NCBI GenBank assembly: GCA_963668025.2
Contig: CAXXTH010000010.1
Location: 1,088,001 to 1,152,000 of the forward strand
Source of the DNA: Candidatus Hydrogenedentota bacterium
GTDB taxonomy: Bacteria > Hydrogenedentota > Hydrogenedentia > Hydrogenedentales > SLHB01
Reading direction: 5' to 3'
DNA: 64,000 bases
Below are positions 1 through 10,040 of this stretch, piece by piece. The first letter of the stretch is position 1. Every line of letters starts with the position of its first letter. A program made the position numbers and the translations under genes. Under the pieces are notes generated by a model. That model saw only the letters and a list, made by a program, of their open reading frames with translations. It was not told the DNA's origin and searched no databases.

Positions 1-1
1 C

Positions 2-778
2 CGGACAACGGCTGGAAGCTGGATATCGGATGTCAACAACACGCCTGTTGAAGTGGAAGAAGATTTTAGCGCTCAGATCCAGAAAATCGCCCAGAATACC
101 GACCCTTTGGCCAAATCCTGGTTGTACGCGATGCTGTCCATTAATCCCTCTTATGTGTATGTTCCGTGGGCGACTTGTAGCAATGGCCAGCTTGCCCAGG
201 CCTTGGTATATCAATTGTATGCGTGGTCTCCCCATGGCTGGGACGACGTCAAAGGATGGTGGCCAGGCAATGCTTCCAGGCCATGGGGGAAAGATTGGGC
301 CATTATGTACAGCACAGGTTATGAAAACGATATGACCGATGAGGGCAAGGTTGTGACGAATGGCATGGCGTATTTCACAGGAACGTTCGGCACACCCGCG
401 GGCGGTAAATGGCTGGATGATGATAATGCCGCTTTGCCTACGACCATTAGGCGTCTCCGGGAAGGGGTCGAGCGATTCTTCATTACAGACATCAATAATC
501 CGGCCTCTTCGGCCACGGGACAGAGCTCCATGGTGGTGATGTATGATGCCTGGGCTGCAGGGGGATATTGGGGCAACAACGTAACCGCTCAGATTAACAA
601 GGCCCAGCTTGCTTTTAATCATATCCCAGGCGGAAGCAATACGTTGTATATGGATGGCCATGTCGAGTTTGTTAGGTTGAACGCGAAACGGCCGTGCCTT
701 GTGGAGCCTGCAAAGGGAACCAGCCAGGTTCAGCAGTGGAGTGGTTATATCACGCACCTTACAGGTGGATGGGGCTGA
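2..778 (+). CDS. DUF1559 / prepilin-type H-X9-DG domain protein (5'-truncated by window edge), paralogue 1
   Basis: Frame is open from base 2 (RTTAGSWISDVNNTPVEVEEDF...). Has [34 protein letters not shown] (H-X9-DG) and a GGWG end shared with the full-length paralogues at 7411 and 19657. Confidence 0.9.
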   Translation, partial: RTTAGSWISDVNNTPVEVEEDFSAQIQKIAQNTDPLAKSWLYAMLSINPSYVYVPWATCSNGQLAQALVYQLYAWSPHGWDDVKGWWPGNASRPWGKDWAIMYSTGYENDMTDEGKVVTNGMAYFTGTFGTPAGGKWLDDDNAALPTTIRRLREGVERFFITDINNPASSATGQSSMVVMYDAWAAGGYWGNNVTAQINKAQLAFNHIPGGSNTLYMDGHVEFVRLNAKRPCLVEPAKGTSQVQQWSGYITHLTGGWG

Positions 779-1122
779 GAAGGGCGGTTTTGCCGTTTTC
801 ATTCGGCTGCCGCCCGTGTTTCCGGTTCGATGAAAGGAGAGCCCGCTCAAGCGGGCTAAGGGGACGTGCGGATAGTAAAAGAAACAGCAGGCCATCTTGA
901 AGCGTTCAACAGGCGATACGAACCTTTTTATCGGGGAAGGCGCTCGGTGTATATGTTCATATACAAAAAACGGCGGTTTTCCCTGCAAAACGCATCAATA
1001 CTCTTTTGGTGGCTCACACCCAAATACTAAGCCCAGAAAGAAGCTGGACAGCACATCCAGATATACTATCCAGCTCTAGATAAACTTCCGTTGGTAAGAG
1101 GTATGCCCCGAGAGGCCACGCG

Positions 1123-3612
1123 ATGAAGGAGATTGACTCAATGGCTGAGAAGTCCAAGTGCTTGGTTAGTTGGCGAGGTGTCCGTATCCCCTTGCTTCTG
1201 ATGCTCATCATGGCATGGGTGGCCGGTCTGATACCCAGCAGCGCGTTCGCTCAAATGTACCTGCCGCCCGCGCCTTATCGCTATTGGGATATGTGGATTC
1301 TGAAAGATAATGACGTCTTTCATAATTTCTGGCTGCAAAGCGATGAGGAGTACATCTGGAATACCATCGGCCACGCGGTCTCGAAAGATATGATCCATTG
1401 GGAACCGCTGCCGCCTATCCCATCCAAAGGCGCGCCTGGCTCCTGGGACGAGAATCCCACCTTGACCGGCATCACGGTGCGGGTCGAGAAGCCTTTCGAG
1501 TATGACGGCATGGTAGTGCGGTACGCCATGTTTTACGGCTCGGAATCCTCATACCGGGCGAAGAATCCGAACAACCAGACGGAGACCAGCCAGCAGATAG
1601 GCGTCATGTTTTCCGACGACCTCATGCGCTGGAAGAAATACCACAAGAATCCGGTTCTCAAGATCACACCGCCGTTCTATCTAGACCCCGGAATCGAATT
1701 CAGAGATATCGATGTCGTGTACGACAAGGAAAATGATATCTACCATGCATACGTGGGTTCGGAGGCGGCCGTGATATCCCCAGAGATTCAGCCTGTCAAG
1801 GAACGCACTCTGGTAGCTTGGGTTTATCTTTCCCCTAAAAACCAATCAGGCAGCGGTGTGTTGACGGTCAACTACGGGCGAGGCAATTATGCCGAACCCG
1901 GCGGCCTGTATGACGGCATTGTCTTGGGCAACTCAAGTGCGCCAGGCCGCTGGCTCAATGGCAGCGAGGCCGAAAACCGCACCCGCAAAGATCCCGCGAT
2001 ACTGGCGCAGGACACAGCGGCTCCCGCCGAGTTGGTTCAAACCGCTATCGTATACCAGAGCGACAAAGTGACGGTTTATCGCAATGGCCAGCCATATGAT
2101 AGTTATCCCCTCTCGGACACGGATTTTATTCTGTCCAGCCAAACGCCGATCTTCATGGGAAGCGGCTCCTGTGTGACCATGGGCCTACGCAGCCTTGATG
2201 ATAAAGGAGACTCTTCGGCTTATTTCGCAGGCGTAATCGAGGAAGCGCGTATCTACAGCTCCGCCCTGGATCCCGACACGATCCGCTCTTTAACGCCCAA
2301 TAATCCAGCCGGGCCAGCGCCATTGGCTCGATGGACGTTCGAGGACGGCACCGCAAGAGATGAAATGGATACCTTCCAGTATAAACGAGAACTAGACAGT
2401 CTCCAGCCGCAGCTACATGGCGGCGCGTACATTGCAGATGGCAAGCTTCATCTCGATGGCGTAGACGACTATTTTCAAACACTCACCCGAAAAGGCGAGA
2501 TGTGCATCTCACACATGACATCCAAGAATCTGGTCGACTGGGAATACCATCCGCCCATCTTTTCCAGTAATAGCTTTCCCGGCATCCTCTCACCGGAAGA
2601 TCCCGATTACTTCGAGCTTAACGGCCGCCACTATTTCTTCTTCTCGAGCTGGGGCGCGCGGCTGAATACATCGGGACGGACAAATGCGGCGGGAACCTAT
2701 TACATCATGGCCGACCGGGCCGAAGGGCCGTATCGCCTGCCTGCAAGCCCTTGCCTGATGGGCACTTCACGGCTGGACAACTACTGCGGCCGCACGGTTC
2801 CCTTTGGCGACTCCTACTTGGTGTATTCCTATACTTGTGGCGTCCCGTTCACCAGGCCTGCGACAATAGGGGTGCCCAGGCTGCTGCATCAGAATGAAGA
2901 TGGCACCCTCTGGCTTCAGTATTGGCCCGGCCTTAATAAACTGGAAACCAAGACCCTTGTCGATGGCGCGCGCCTTGCCGAAATGGACCTCGGCAACCGG
3001 CTAGGCAGCGGTACATGGACCGTCCAAGGCAATCAGTTACAGGGCGCGTCACCCGAGAACGAAACCAGCGTGCTCTGGCTGCCATTCGAGAATCTGGATT
3101 CTTACATGCTGACCGGCATGCTGGACCTTTCCCATGCCCAGACTGTCGCCGTGCTTTCCCGGTGGAACGGCAAGCAGGCTGGCTCAGTGCTCTTTGACGT
3201 GCCAAGCGACACGGTCCATGTGGGATTCCACCAAGAGTCCGGCAATACCATCGAGTTCAAGAGCCACGATGCGGTCAAAAACTTGCAGCTAACCAGCGGC
3301 CCGCAGCATGTGCGGATCATGATCCGCGCCTGGCGCGCCGAGGTCTATATTAATGACCACTGGGTCTTCGGCACGTCCATCGATGAGATGCCGGAGAAGG
3401 GTGGGATTGGCCTTGCCGTGAAATCCGGCTCGGCCACATTCACTGATTTGCGAGTGGCCGAAATAGAGCCTTTGGTGCAGGCATCGTATAAGGATGTCAA
3501 TACCGAGACGACGGCTGGGGCCACCAGCGTACATGCTAAAGACAAGACGATTCTTCCCCAACACAGCATGGAGAAGGAGGTTCTGGAGGCCACCAAAGAC
3601 CCAGATGCTTAG
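1123..3612 (+). CDS. Secreted GH32-like (clan GH-J) glycoside hydrolase with inserted LamG/ConA-like domain
   Basis: Signal peptide (...SSAFA). WDMW nucleophile-like motif, GHAVSKDMIHW, FRD, EDPDYFELNGRHY, and a C-terminal beta-sandwich. LamG-type motifs (VTVYRNG, YFAGVIEEARIYSSAL, LDGVDDY) lie in the middle. Confidence 0.75.
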   Translation: MKEIDSMAEKSKCLVSWRGVRIPLLLMLIMAWVAGLIPSSAFAQMYLPPAPYRYWDMWILKDNDVFHNFWLQSDEEYIWNTIGHAVSKDMIHWEPLPPIPSKGAPGSWDENPTLTGITVRVEKPFEYDGMVVRYAMFYGSESSYRAKNPNNQTETSQQIGVMFSDDLMRWKKYHKNPVLKITPPFYLDPGIEFRDIDVVYDKENDIYHAYVGSEAAVISPEIQPVKERTLVAWVYLSPKNQSGSGVLTVNYGRGNYAEPGGLYDGIVLGNSSAPGRWLNGSEAENRTRKDPAILAQDTAAPAELVQTAIVYQSDKVTVYRNGQPYDSYPLSDTDFILSSQTPIFMGSGSCVTMGLRSLDDKGDSSAYFAGVIEEARIYSSALDPDTIRSLTPNNPAGPAPLARWTFEDGTARDEMDTFQYKRELDSLQPQLHGGAYIADGKLHLDGVDDYFQTLTRKGEMCISHMTSKNLVDWEYHPPIFSSNSFPGILSPEDPDYFELNGRHYFFFSSWGARLNTSGRTNAAGTYYIMADRAEGPYRLPASPCLMGTSRLDNYCGRTVPFGDSYLVYSYTCGVPFTRPATIGVPRLLHQNEDGTLWLQYWPGLNKLETKTLVDGARLAEMDLGNRLGSGTWTVQGNQLQGASPENETSVLWLPFENLDSYMLTGMLDLSHAQTVAVLSRWNGKQAGSVLFDVPSDTVHVGFHQESGNTIEFKSHDAVKNLQLTSGPQHVRIMIRAWRAEVYINDHWVFGTSIDEMPEKGGIGLAVKSGSATFTDLRVAEIEPLVQASYKDVNTETTAGATSVHAKDKTILPQHSMEKEVLEATKDPDA

Positions 3613-3663
3613 GAACAATGGGGAGATAACGGGCAGCATATGCGCATCACGAAAGGCGGCATT

Positions 3664-4899
3664 ATGAAACCGAAAGAGATTGTGACTCTCAGGAAGCTCA
3701 TCATCTGTAGCGTAGTCGCGGGACTCGCGGCTTATTGCGGCACAGGTTTCGCAGACGGCGCCGCAGGAAGCCTGGTAACGGTCCATGGCCAACCCAGCTA
3801 TTCCCTTAGTAATAAGAACGTTTCAGTCTCTATTACGGCTCAGGGCGGACATCTTACGGCTGATTTCGCGTGTGGCGGCAAAACGGTTTCGCCTTACTAC
3901 GTGTCGCCCTGGTGGGACGAAACCGTGGATCAGAATATATGCCCCATGGTTAACGTGATTCGGGGCGATTTTTTCTGTTTCCCAATGGGCGACAACAAAG
4001 AGCCTTACGAGGGGAAAACATATCCTCCTCATGGCCAGACTGCCAATGATAATTGGAATTTGGTGCAAGGTAAAACGGCAGGAAAAGACAGTGAAGTGAA
4101 ATTAACCATGTGTCTTGACCACGGCGAGGGAACAGTCAACAAGATCATCAAGATCACGGAAGGCGAACCGGTGATTTATTGCAAGCATGTGATCACCGGA
4201 TTCGAGGGGAAGATATCGCTTGGCCATCACCCGAACCTCCAGTTCCCTGATCGCGAAGGCGCAGGGTATATTGACATGAGCGAACCCCTTACTGGTTTTA
4301 CCACTCCGATCCTGTTCGAGCAGCCACAGAACCGGGGGTATTCGGCCCTGAAAACAAACGTCGAGATTACTGACCGGACAAAAGCGCCGTGCGCCAACGG
4401 AGATACTTGGGACCTTACTCGATATCCCACTCCGAAAGGCTTTGAGGATATCGCCATTTTTATAAACGATCCGTCTAAAGAATTCGTGTTTTCCTCTGTG
4501 TCATTGCCAGATGAAGGTTATCTATACTTTCAACTGAAAGACCCACGGGTCCTATCTGAGACCATGTTATGGATGTCCAACGGCGGGCGGCATTACCCCC
4601 CATGGAACGGACGCAACATCGGCGTGCTTGGCCTCGAGGAGATCACCGCCTATTACTACTTCGGCCGGACCCAAAGCGTGCAGCCAAACCTATTGCAGGA
4701 AAAAGGTTATAGAACCTTTAGCGACATCCACGCGCATGAACCTTTCGTGGTGAAACTGATCATGGGCATAGTTCCTATCTCCAGTAGCTTTCGAGGCGTC
4801 AAAGACATTGTTCGGAAAGATGCTTCGACCATCGTGATCGAAGGAAAGGCAGGCGAACGCATCGAAGTGCCGTGTAAAGTCGATTTCCTCAAAAAATGA
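3664..4899 (+). CDS. Exported galactose-mutarotase/aldose-epimerase-like fold protein
   Basis: Long ORF (3640 start also possible; RBS-like GAAAGGCGG before 3664). N-terminal hydrophobic segment; GDFFCFP, PPHG and GHHP motifs resemble mutarotase-like proteins. Confidence 0.55.
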   Translation: MKPKEIVTLRKLIICSVVAGLAAYCGTGFADGAAGSLVTVHGQPSYSLSNKNVSVSITAQGGHLTADFACGGKTVSPYYVSPWWDETVDQNICPMVNVIRGDFFCFPMGDNKEPYEGKTYPPHGQTANDNWNLVQGKTAGKDSEVKLTMCLDHGEGTVNKIIKITEGEPVIYCKHVITGFEGKISLGHHPNLQFPDREGAGYIDMSEPLTGFTTPILFEQPQNRGYSALKTNVEITDRTKAPCANGDTWDLTRYPTPKGFEDIAIFINDPSKEFVFSSVSLPDEGYLYFQLKDPRVLSETMLWMSNGGRHYPPWNGRNIGVLGLEEITAYYYFGRTQSVQPNLLQEKGYRTFSDIHAHEPFVVKLIMGIVPISSSFRGVKDIVRKDASTIVIEGKAGERIEVPCKVDFLKK

Positions 4900-4904
4900 T
4901 GCGA

Positions 4905-4931
4905 GCGAGACTGGAAGCCGTCTCTTTTTTT
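4905..4931 (+). terminator. Possible intrinsic terminator after the mutarotase-like gene
   Basis: GAGAC..GTCTC stem followed by a T7 run. Confidence 0.45.
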
Positions 4932-5055
4932 CGAGGGATCTACACCTTCACGGCATGTTCTGTAGCGTGAATGCCATAATTCTGTACCGAAATCTACCAT
5001 AAAGTATCATAAATTTTCATGTAAATAGACATATTTGTTCGTTACCGTAAAGTAC

Positions 5056-5085
5056 TTGACATTCTATGATATTTAGTGTTATTGT
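5056..5085 (+). promoter_or_regulatory. Sigma70-type promoter (TTGACA-18-TGnTATTGT)
   Basis: -35 TTGACA at 5056 and extended -10 at 5077-5085. The paralogous copy keeps TTGACG-18-TGnTATTAT at 22899-22928. Confidence 0.6.
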
Positions 5086-5429
5086 ATGTTATGAGTAAGG
5101 CGGATTTTGCCAATTAGGCAGTCCCTAATGGTATTTTTTGATATCTTCCAATGGATTACTGAGTTAGTACTATAGTTTAACTTATTACTATGGCGTTGCA
5201 TAGGGGGTGTGAGGAAGCTTATGGCGGCCATAGATTAGGGCATGTTCATAAGACCTGCGCCGTTAAGATGCGCGTAGCGTAGCGTAATGGTCAAACGTTA
5301 TGGCAAGGAGATGAAGAAGGAGCGAGAGAGGCCATCAAAAAAAAACGTAAAGGATGCGGAGGGTAATGATAGAGGAACAATGGTGGATGGATGATAGGTT
5401 TTGACCTAACGAAACGAGGAGGAATCAAA

Positions 5430-7157
5430 ATGATACACACTAAAAGGCTCATTGTTCTTTGCGCAGTTTCCCTGATTTGGATGGCAACCACTGCCATGGC
5501 TGCCACCATCAACACTTACACTGAGGCATTTGATGATGCGGATCTCGGAGGGCTTTGGGGCACACAAACATTCACGACCTTTGGCTTTGGAGCCTCAGCA
5601 GGCGCGAGCACTACTGTTGAAGATGGAGTATTCAAGTTCACGAAAGACGGTAATGGCGGCGGCTGCTCACCGGTGTTAGCGACGGCGTTTCCTGGCGCAA
5701 ATAATGCATTTGGCGGTCTGACCGACGTGACATATGAATTTACGATACCGGATGTGGCGGCATCGCTGACCGATATAACAACAGGTGGCGCTCAGTTGGT
5801 TATCTGCTTGAATATAGCACAATACACCATCGACTATGTAGGGGTGATTAACTCTGAGGGAACGATTCATGTACAAAACATAGCCTCAGGGAATCATTAT
5901 GATCAATTCTCCGCATCGGGCATCACTTCGCTGGCGTACCGCCTGGTGCAGATAGGGGCAGACACCAAATGGCAGATATGGCAAAGCAAGAATGGCGGTG
6001 AGTTCGTGAACATCACGAAGGACGATGAAGGCGCTGCCATTGAATCAAGAGATCATGACTGGGGTGAGGCCTGGCCAAGCGTTTGGGACAGGCTCGGATG
6101 CATTATAGCGGTTGTTGACACCGGCGCGTCTCAACCAAATAGCTACGAAGTGGCTATCGATAACCTGAGCATCATTACGGACCGGATGACCACAACGGCA
6201 TTTGGCCATTCAACAGTGGAGAGCTTCGATGATGCTTCATTGACGGATGGCTTGTGGACGCTGGATGACAATCTGGATAGCGTTACGGCCAACGCCTCCA
6301 ATTCAGATGTCACACTGTCTGGCGGCAGACTGAATTTCAACAGCGATGGAGATAGCTCTAACTACAAGTCTTCCCTGTTAAGCCTGAGAAGTTATGACGA
6401 TCCCGTCAGTTGGGACCACACCCTGGCGCCGCCGTTCGCGATCCAGTTTACTGTTCCAGATTCGGCTGCCCAACTGATTAACGGAGGCGGTTACTTTACC
6501 ATGGCCGTGATGGATGGCCCGTATGGTCTCCTACAAAACAATTTTGGCAATATCACAGGATACAAGCTTGCGCAACAAGCCAATACGGGCCAGTGGTTAT
6601 ACACCTGGAGAGATGATGCAGAATTTGGCGGCGTCCAATCATCATTCAAGGTGCGGTGCGAAGTTTATAAAGATAGCACTGCCGCATGGTTTATGGCCAG
6701 CGGTGATGGGCCATTTATTAACATATCTGCAGACAGCACCGGTGAGCTGGACTCCGTCCCGCTTGGCTGGACCCCGGGTGGAAACATAAGTTTCATGATT
6801 CAGGCGATCGATGACGCCGCGCCAGGTGGAGATTGGACCCTGTCGGTTGACGACTTGATTGTCGAAACGGGCGAGCCTGTTGTTGATGAAGATACGGACG
6901 GCGATGGCTTGCTTGATTCGGTCGAGACGGACACTGGTGTGTATGTGAGCCCGACGGATACAGGCACGGATCCGAACGATGCCGATTCTGATGATGACAC
7001 CTATAACGATGGCGATGAAGTAGATGCAGGCACGGACCCGAACGATCCGCTCTCCTACCCCGGTAGTGGTGGCGCATTGCCCGTGTTGTCTATCCTGGGT
7101 TTGGCAGTGCTTGGTGGTGCATTGAGCATCTCGGCTCGCCGCCGGTTACGCCGATAG
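5430..7157 (+). CDS. Secreted acidic beta-rich surface protein with TSP3-like Ca-binding repeats and C-terminal TM/Arg anchor
   Basis: RBS GAGGAGG before ATG 5430; signal peptide (..TTAMA); DTDGDGLLD..GTDPNDADSDDD..GTDPND; ends LPVLSILGLAVLGGALSISARRRLRR. Confidence 0.8.
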   Translation: MIHTKRLIVLCAVSLIWMATTAMAATINTYTEAFDDADLGGLWGTQTFTTFGFGASAGASTTVEDGVFKFTKDGNGGGCSPVLATAFPGANNAFGGLTDVTYEFTIPDVAASLTDITTGGAQLVICLNIAQYTIDYVGVINSEGTIHVQNIASGNHYDQFSASGITSLAYRLVQIGADTKWQIWQSKNGGEFVNITKDDEGAAIESRDHDWGEAWPSVWDRLGCIIAVVDTGASQPNSYEVAIDNLSIITDRMTTTAFGHSTVESFDDASLTDGLWTLDDNLDSVTANASNSDVTLSGGRLNFNSDGDSSNYKSSLLSLRSYDDPVSWDHTLAPPFAIQFTVPDSAAQLINGGGYFTMAVMDGPYGLLQNNFGNITGYKLAQQANTGQWLYTWRDDAEFGGVQSSFKVRCEVYKDSTAAWFMASGDGPFINISADSTGELDSVPLGWTPGGNISFMIQAIDDAAPGGDWTLSVDDLIVETGEPVVDEDTDGDGLLDSVETDTGVYVSPTDTGTDPNDADSDDDTYNDGDEVDAGTDPNDPLSYPGSGGALPVLSILGLAVLGGALSISARRRLRR

Positions 7158-7217
7158 GTGTTCGTTTTTAGCGTAAGCTGCTAAATAGCATTTGATGGTA
7201 TCTCTTGAACAAAGACG

Positions 7218-7256
7218 GGGGGCCTGCTGGGATTACTGGCATGGCCCCCCAAAAAA
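7218..7256 (+). terminator. GC-rich hairpin between surface-protein gene and DUF1559 gene
   Basis: GGGGGCCTGC...GCATGGCCCCCC stem followed by an A-run. Confidence 0.45.
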
Positions 7257-7410
7257 GAGTGGGCGATTACATAAAACAATCCAAGACAAGCAGACTCGCA
7301 CAGTGCAGGTGCAATTGTTCGGGTAGAAGAAGTGGCGCTGCGCCGCTGATGTTTATAAGGAAAGTGGGCGTTTATTTTCTAAGCCCATTTTCAGGAAGAT
7401 GAGGAGAGAT

Positions 7411-8511
7411 ATGATTACTAACCAACGATGTAAGCAAGGTTTCACGCTCATCGAGTTGCTGGTGGTGATCGCCATTATCGCCATATTAGCCGCTATTTTA
7501 TTGCCAGCGCTTGCGCGGGCCCGTGAAGCCGCGAGGCGGGCTTCCTGCGCCAGCAACCTTAAACAATGGGGCATCATCTTCAAGATGTATTCGGGGGAAA
7601 ACAAAGGGGGGCTGTTTCCCCCCGCTTCGGATTACCAAGTGTATTCCGGGCTGTACCATGGGGTGGCCGGTTTTTCCATTTATCCCGACTACTGGTCAGA
7701 TGCGAATCTCATGATTTGTCCGTCGGACTCACGGGGCGGTTCCAGTTCGATTATTAGCGCCTTGGTCAAAAATTTTACTGTAGAAAACTTGGTGGGCGAT
7801 CCCATGGGTGAGTTCGTTCAAAAGGTTGCCTCAAGTGACAATTCGTTGGCCAAGCCGTGGCTAGGTGTAGTGTTGTCACAGAATATCTCGTACCACTATG
7901 TTCCTTGGGCGACGGGCACCAAATCGAGATTGGTGCATGCTATGTGCGTGCAGAACTGGGCAGTGGAAGGCGGCGCCCGTGGAACAGAAGATTTGCTGGA
8001 ATATTATGCGGGCTCTAAATCAACGCCGTGGGGTAACTTTGCAGTCATACGCTGGGCCACGTTTGAGAATGACTTGACTGAAAAGGCAACAACGTACGCA
8101 AAAAGCTATATTTCTGGCAATACGGGAACATCTGCTTGGACCGATGATGACGGCAGCCCGCTGCCCACGACGGTCAAGCGATTACGGGAAGGGGTCGAGC
8201 GGTTCTTTATCACCGACATCAACAATCCCGCTGCTGCCGCAAAATCCCAGACCGAAATGGTCGTGATGTTCGACTGCTGGGCTGGCGGCTGTGCTGCCCC
8301 CTGGTATCCCGAGACCAATACAAATCAAGTAACCTACAACCACATTCCTGGCGGCAGCAACACCCTCTACATGGATGGCCACGTAGCGTTTTGCCGGTTC
8401 CCGAACAATTGGCCTTGCATGCCAGGAAATGGCTCGGCGCCCGTGAACGGCGACATGCGGTTTTACCAGACGTTCGGTTTCTGGACCTGGACCTACGGCG
8501 GGTGGGGATGA
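7411..8511 (+). CDS. DUF1559 / prepilin-type N-terminal cleavage-methylation protein with H-X9-DG motif, paralogue 2
   Basis: KQG^[62 protein letters not shown]. Start 7399 is also possible. Confidence 0.92.
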   Translation: MITNQRCKQGFTLIELLVVIAIIAILAAILLPALARAREAARRASCASNLKQWGIIFKMYSGENKGGLFPPASDYQVYSGLYHGVAGFSIYPDYWSDANLMICPSDSRGGSSSIISALVKNFTVENLVGDPMGEFVQKVASSDNSLAKPWLGVVLSQNISYHYVPWATGTKSRLVHAMCVQNWAVEGGARGTEDLLEYYAGSKSTPWGNFAVIRWATFENDLTEKATTYAKSYISGNTGTSAWTDDDGSPLPTTVKRLREGVERFFITDINNPAAAAKSQTEMVVMFDCWAGGCAAPWYPETNTNQVTYNHIPGGSNTLYMDGHVAFCRFPNNWPCMPGNGSAPVNGDMRFYQTFGFWTWTYGGWG

Positions 8512-8657
8512 TGCGCTCCGGTTCTTGAAGCGAGTATATTCGAACAAAACAACGGAAGGATGTTTCATTTTTCCTTTACCAAGACCTATAAAAGTGTTTT
8601 CAAGCCAATGTTTCATGTAATTCATGCATGAGAGTAGCTTGGGTGTTTAGGTTCTGT

Positions 8658-8797
8658 TTGAAAGGAGGTTCATGGTAATTCCTACGAACACCACAATAGA
8701 TATGAACATGGCACAGGGCGCGGCAAGGGGATTACAGCCCTTCGAGCAGCTCAATATGGAGATCCGGGCGAAGTTCTGTTTGCTGAAAGCTCAATAT
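8658..8797 (+). pseudogene. 5' fragment (RBS + 42 codons) of the sugar isomerase/epimerase gene, duplicate of 22957-23096
   Basis: MVIPTNTTIDMNMAQGAARGLQPFEQLNMEIRAKFCLLKAQY versus MVVPTNTTIDVNMAQGAAWELQPFEQLNMEIRAKFCLLKTQY; homology stops abruptly at 8797. Confidence 0.9.
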
Positions 8798-10040
8798 GAG
8801 GTTTTTCCCCTCCGAATTGATCCTGGAAGCCCGCCAGGAACTGGCCGAGTGCCTTGCGGAACTGGGCCACGAAACACTCGTCATGCCAGAAGAGGCAACG
8901 TTCAACGGAGCCATTTCTAACGGTGAAGACGAGGAAAAGTTCGCACGCTTTCCAGAAAAGCATCAAGGACATTATGAGGGGAGCGTCGTCACGCTTCCGA
9001 ATTTCGGCGATGAATCTTCGGCCGTCAATGCCGTGAAGCATACGAATGTTCCGATACTAGTCCATTCCTATCCCGATGACCAGAATCAAAGGTCTCCTAA
9101 ATATTGACTCTATGCCTTTTGCGGCAAGCTCTCTATATTGGATGTGTTTTGCCAATACGGCCTATAATTCACCTCGATCATGCCGCACGTAGTGGCCCGC
9201 AATCGCCGTTATTTGCAGAACAGATTACCCATTTCGACCGAGTATGCCGTGTCGTAAATGGATTCCAAAATCCCGTGGTGGGGGCTATCGGCGCCCGCAC
9301 CAAGGCGTTTAAAACCATGCGCATCGATGAGCTGGCGCTGCAGAGGAACGGGATCACCATGGAGGTGGTCGATTTGGCGGAAGCCTTCGCGAGCGTCAAG
9401 GCGTTGAGCTCCTCCAATCCCGCCTGCACCGCCAAAGCGAAGCGGCTCATGCAATACACCACATGGGGGCAGACGCCTGAGACAGCCTTCGACAACCTTG
9501 TTCGACTGGTCGTCGTGCTTGATCGGCTCTTTGACGAATGGAAGAAGGACTGCATGGGTGTTCGCTGCTGAATCGAACTGCAGTGCTATATCAACATTTC
9601 GCCCTGCGTACTCTTGAGCGAAATGAATGACAGAGGTTTGCCAGTTGCCTGTGAGGTGGATATCGGCAACGCTATCAGTATGTACGCGCTACGCTACGCC
9701 ACGGGCGAACAGACCGCCTGTCTGGACTGGAATGACAATTATGGATGCGATCCGAACCGGTGCATTCTCTTCCATTGCGGCTCCACGGCGCAGTTGTTGA
9801 TGAAAGCCAAAGGCGAGGTCATTGATCACTCAATGCTCCATCACGATCCGCATGTGGGCCCCAACTGTTCGTTCGGCTGCAATGTTGGTCGTATTCGTGC
9901 ATTCCAGTTTGGCTTTGCTAGAATGGCTACGCGAGATGTCGAGCTCGAGTTCTACTTGGGTGAAATGGAATTCACCGGCGACCCAATCCCTGAGGAATTC
10001 TTCGAGTGCGCGAGCGTTGCGCGAATTCAAAACCTCCAGC
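8798..10040 (+). pseudogene. L-fucose/arabinose isomerase-family pseudogene
   Basis: Family motifs are split over several frames: FFPSELI..LPNFGDE..YPDD / AFCGKLSILDVFCQYGL*(TAA 9165) / GAIGARTKAFKTMRIDE..VRC*(TGA 9569 where W is expected)IELQ / ACEVDIGNA..DWNDNY..LFHCG. Confidence 0.85.

Larger units (their letters stand above)
4741..5112 (+). repeat. Duplicated segment, copy A-left (3' end of mutarotase-like gene + terminator + promoter); homologue at 22590-22955
   Basis: Direct alignment by eye, e.g. ...AAAGTCGATTTCCTCAAAAAATGATGCGAGCGAGACTGGAAGCCGT... and ...GTAAGGCGGATTTTGCCA occur in both copies. Confidence 0.95.
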
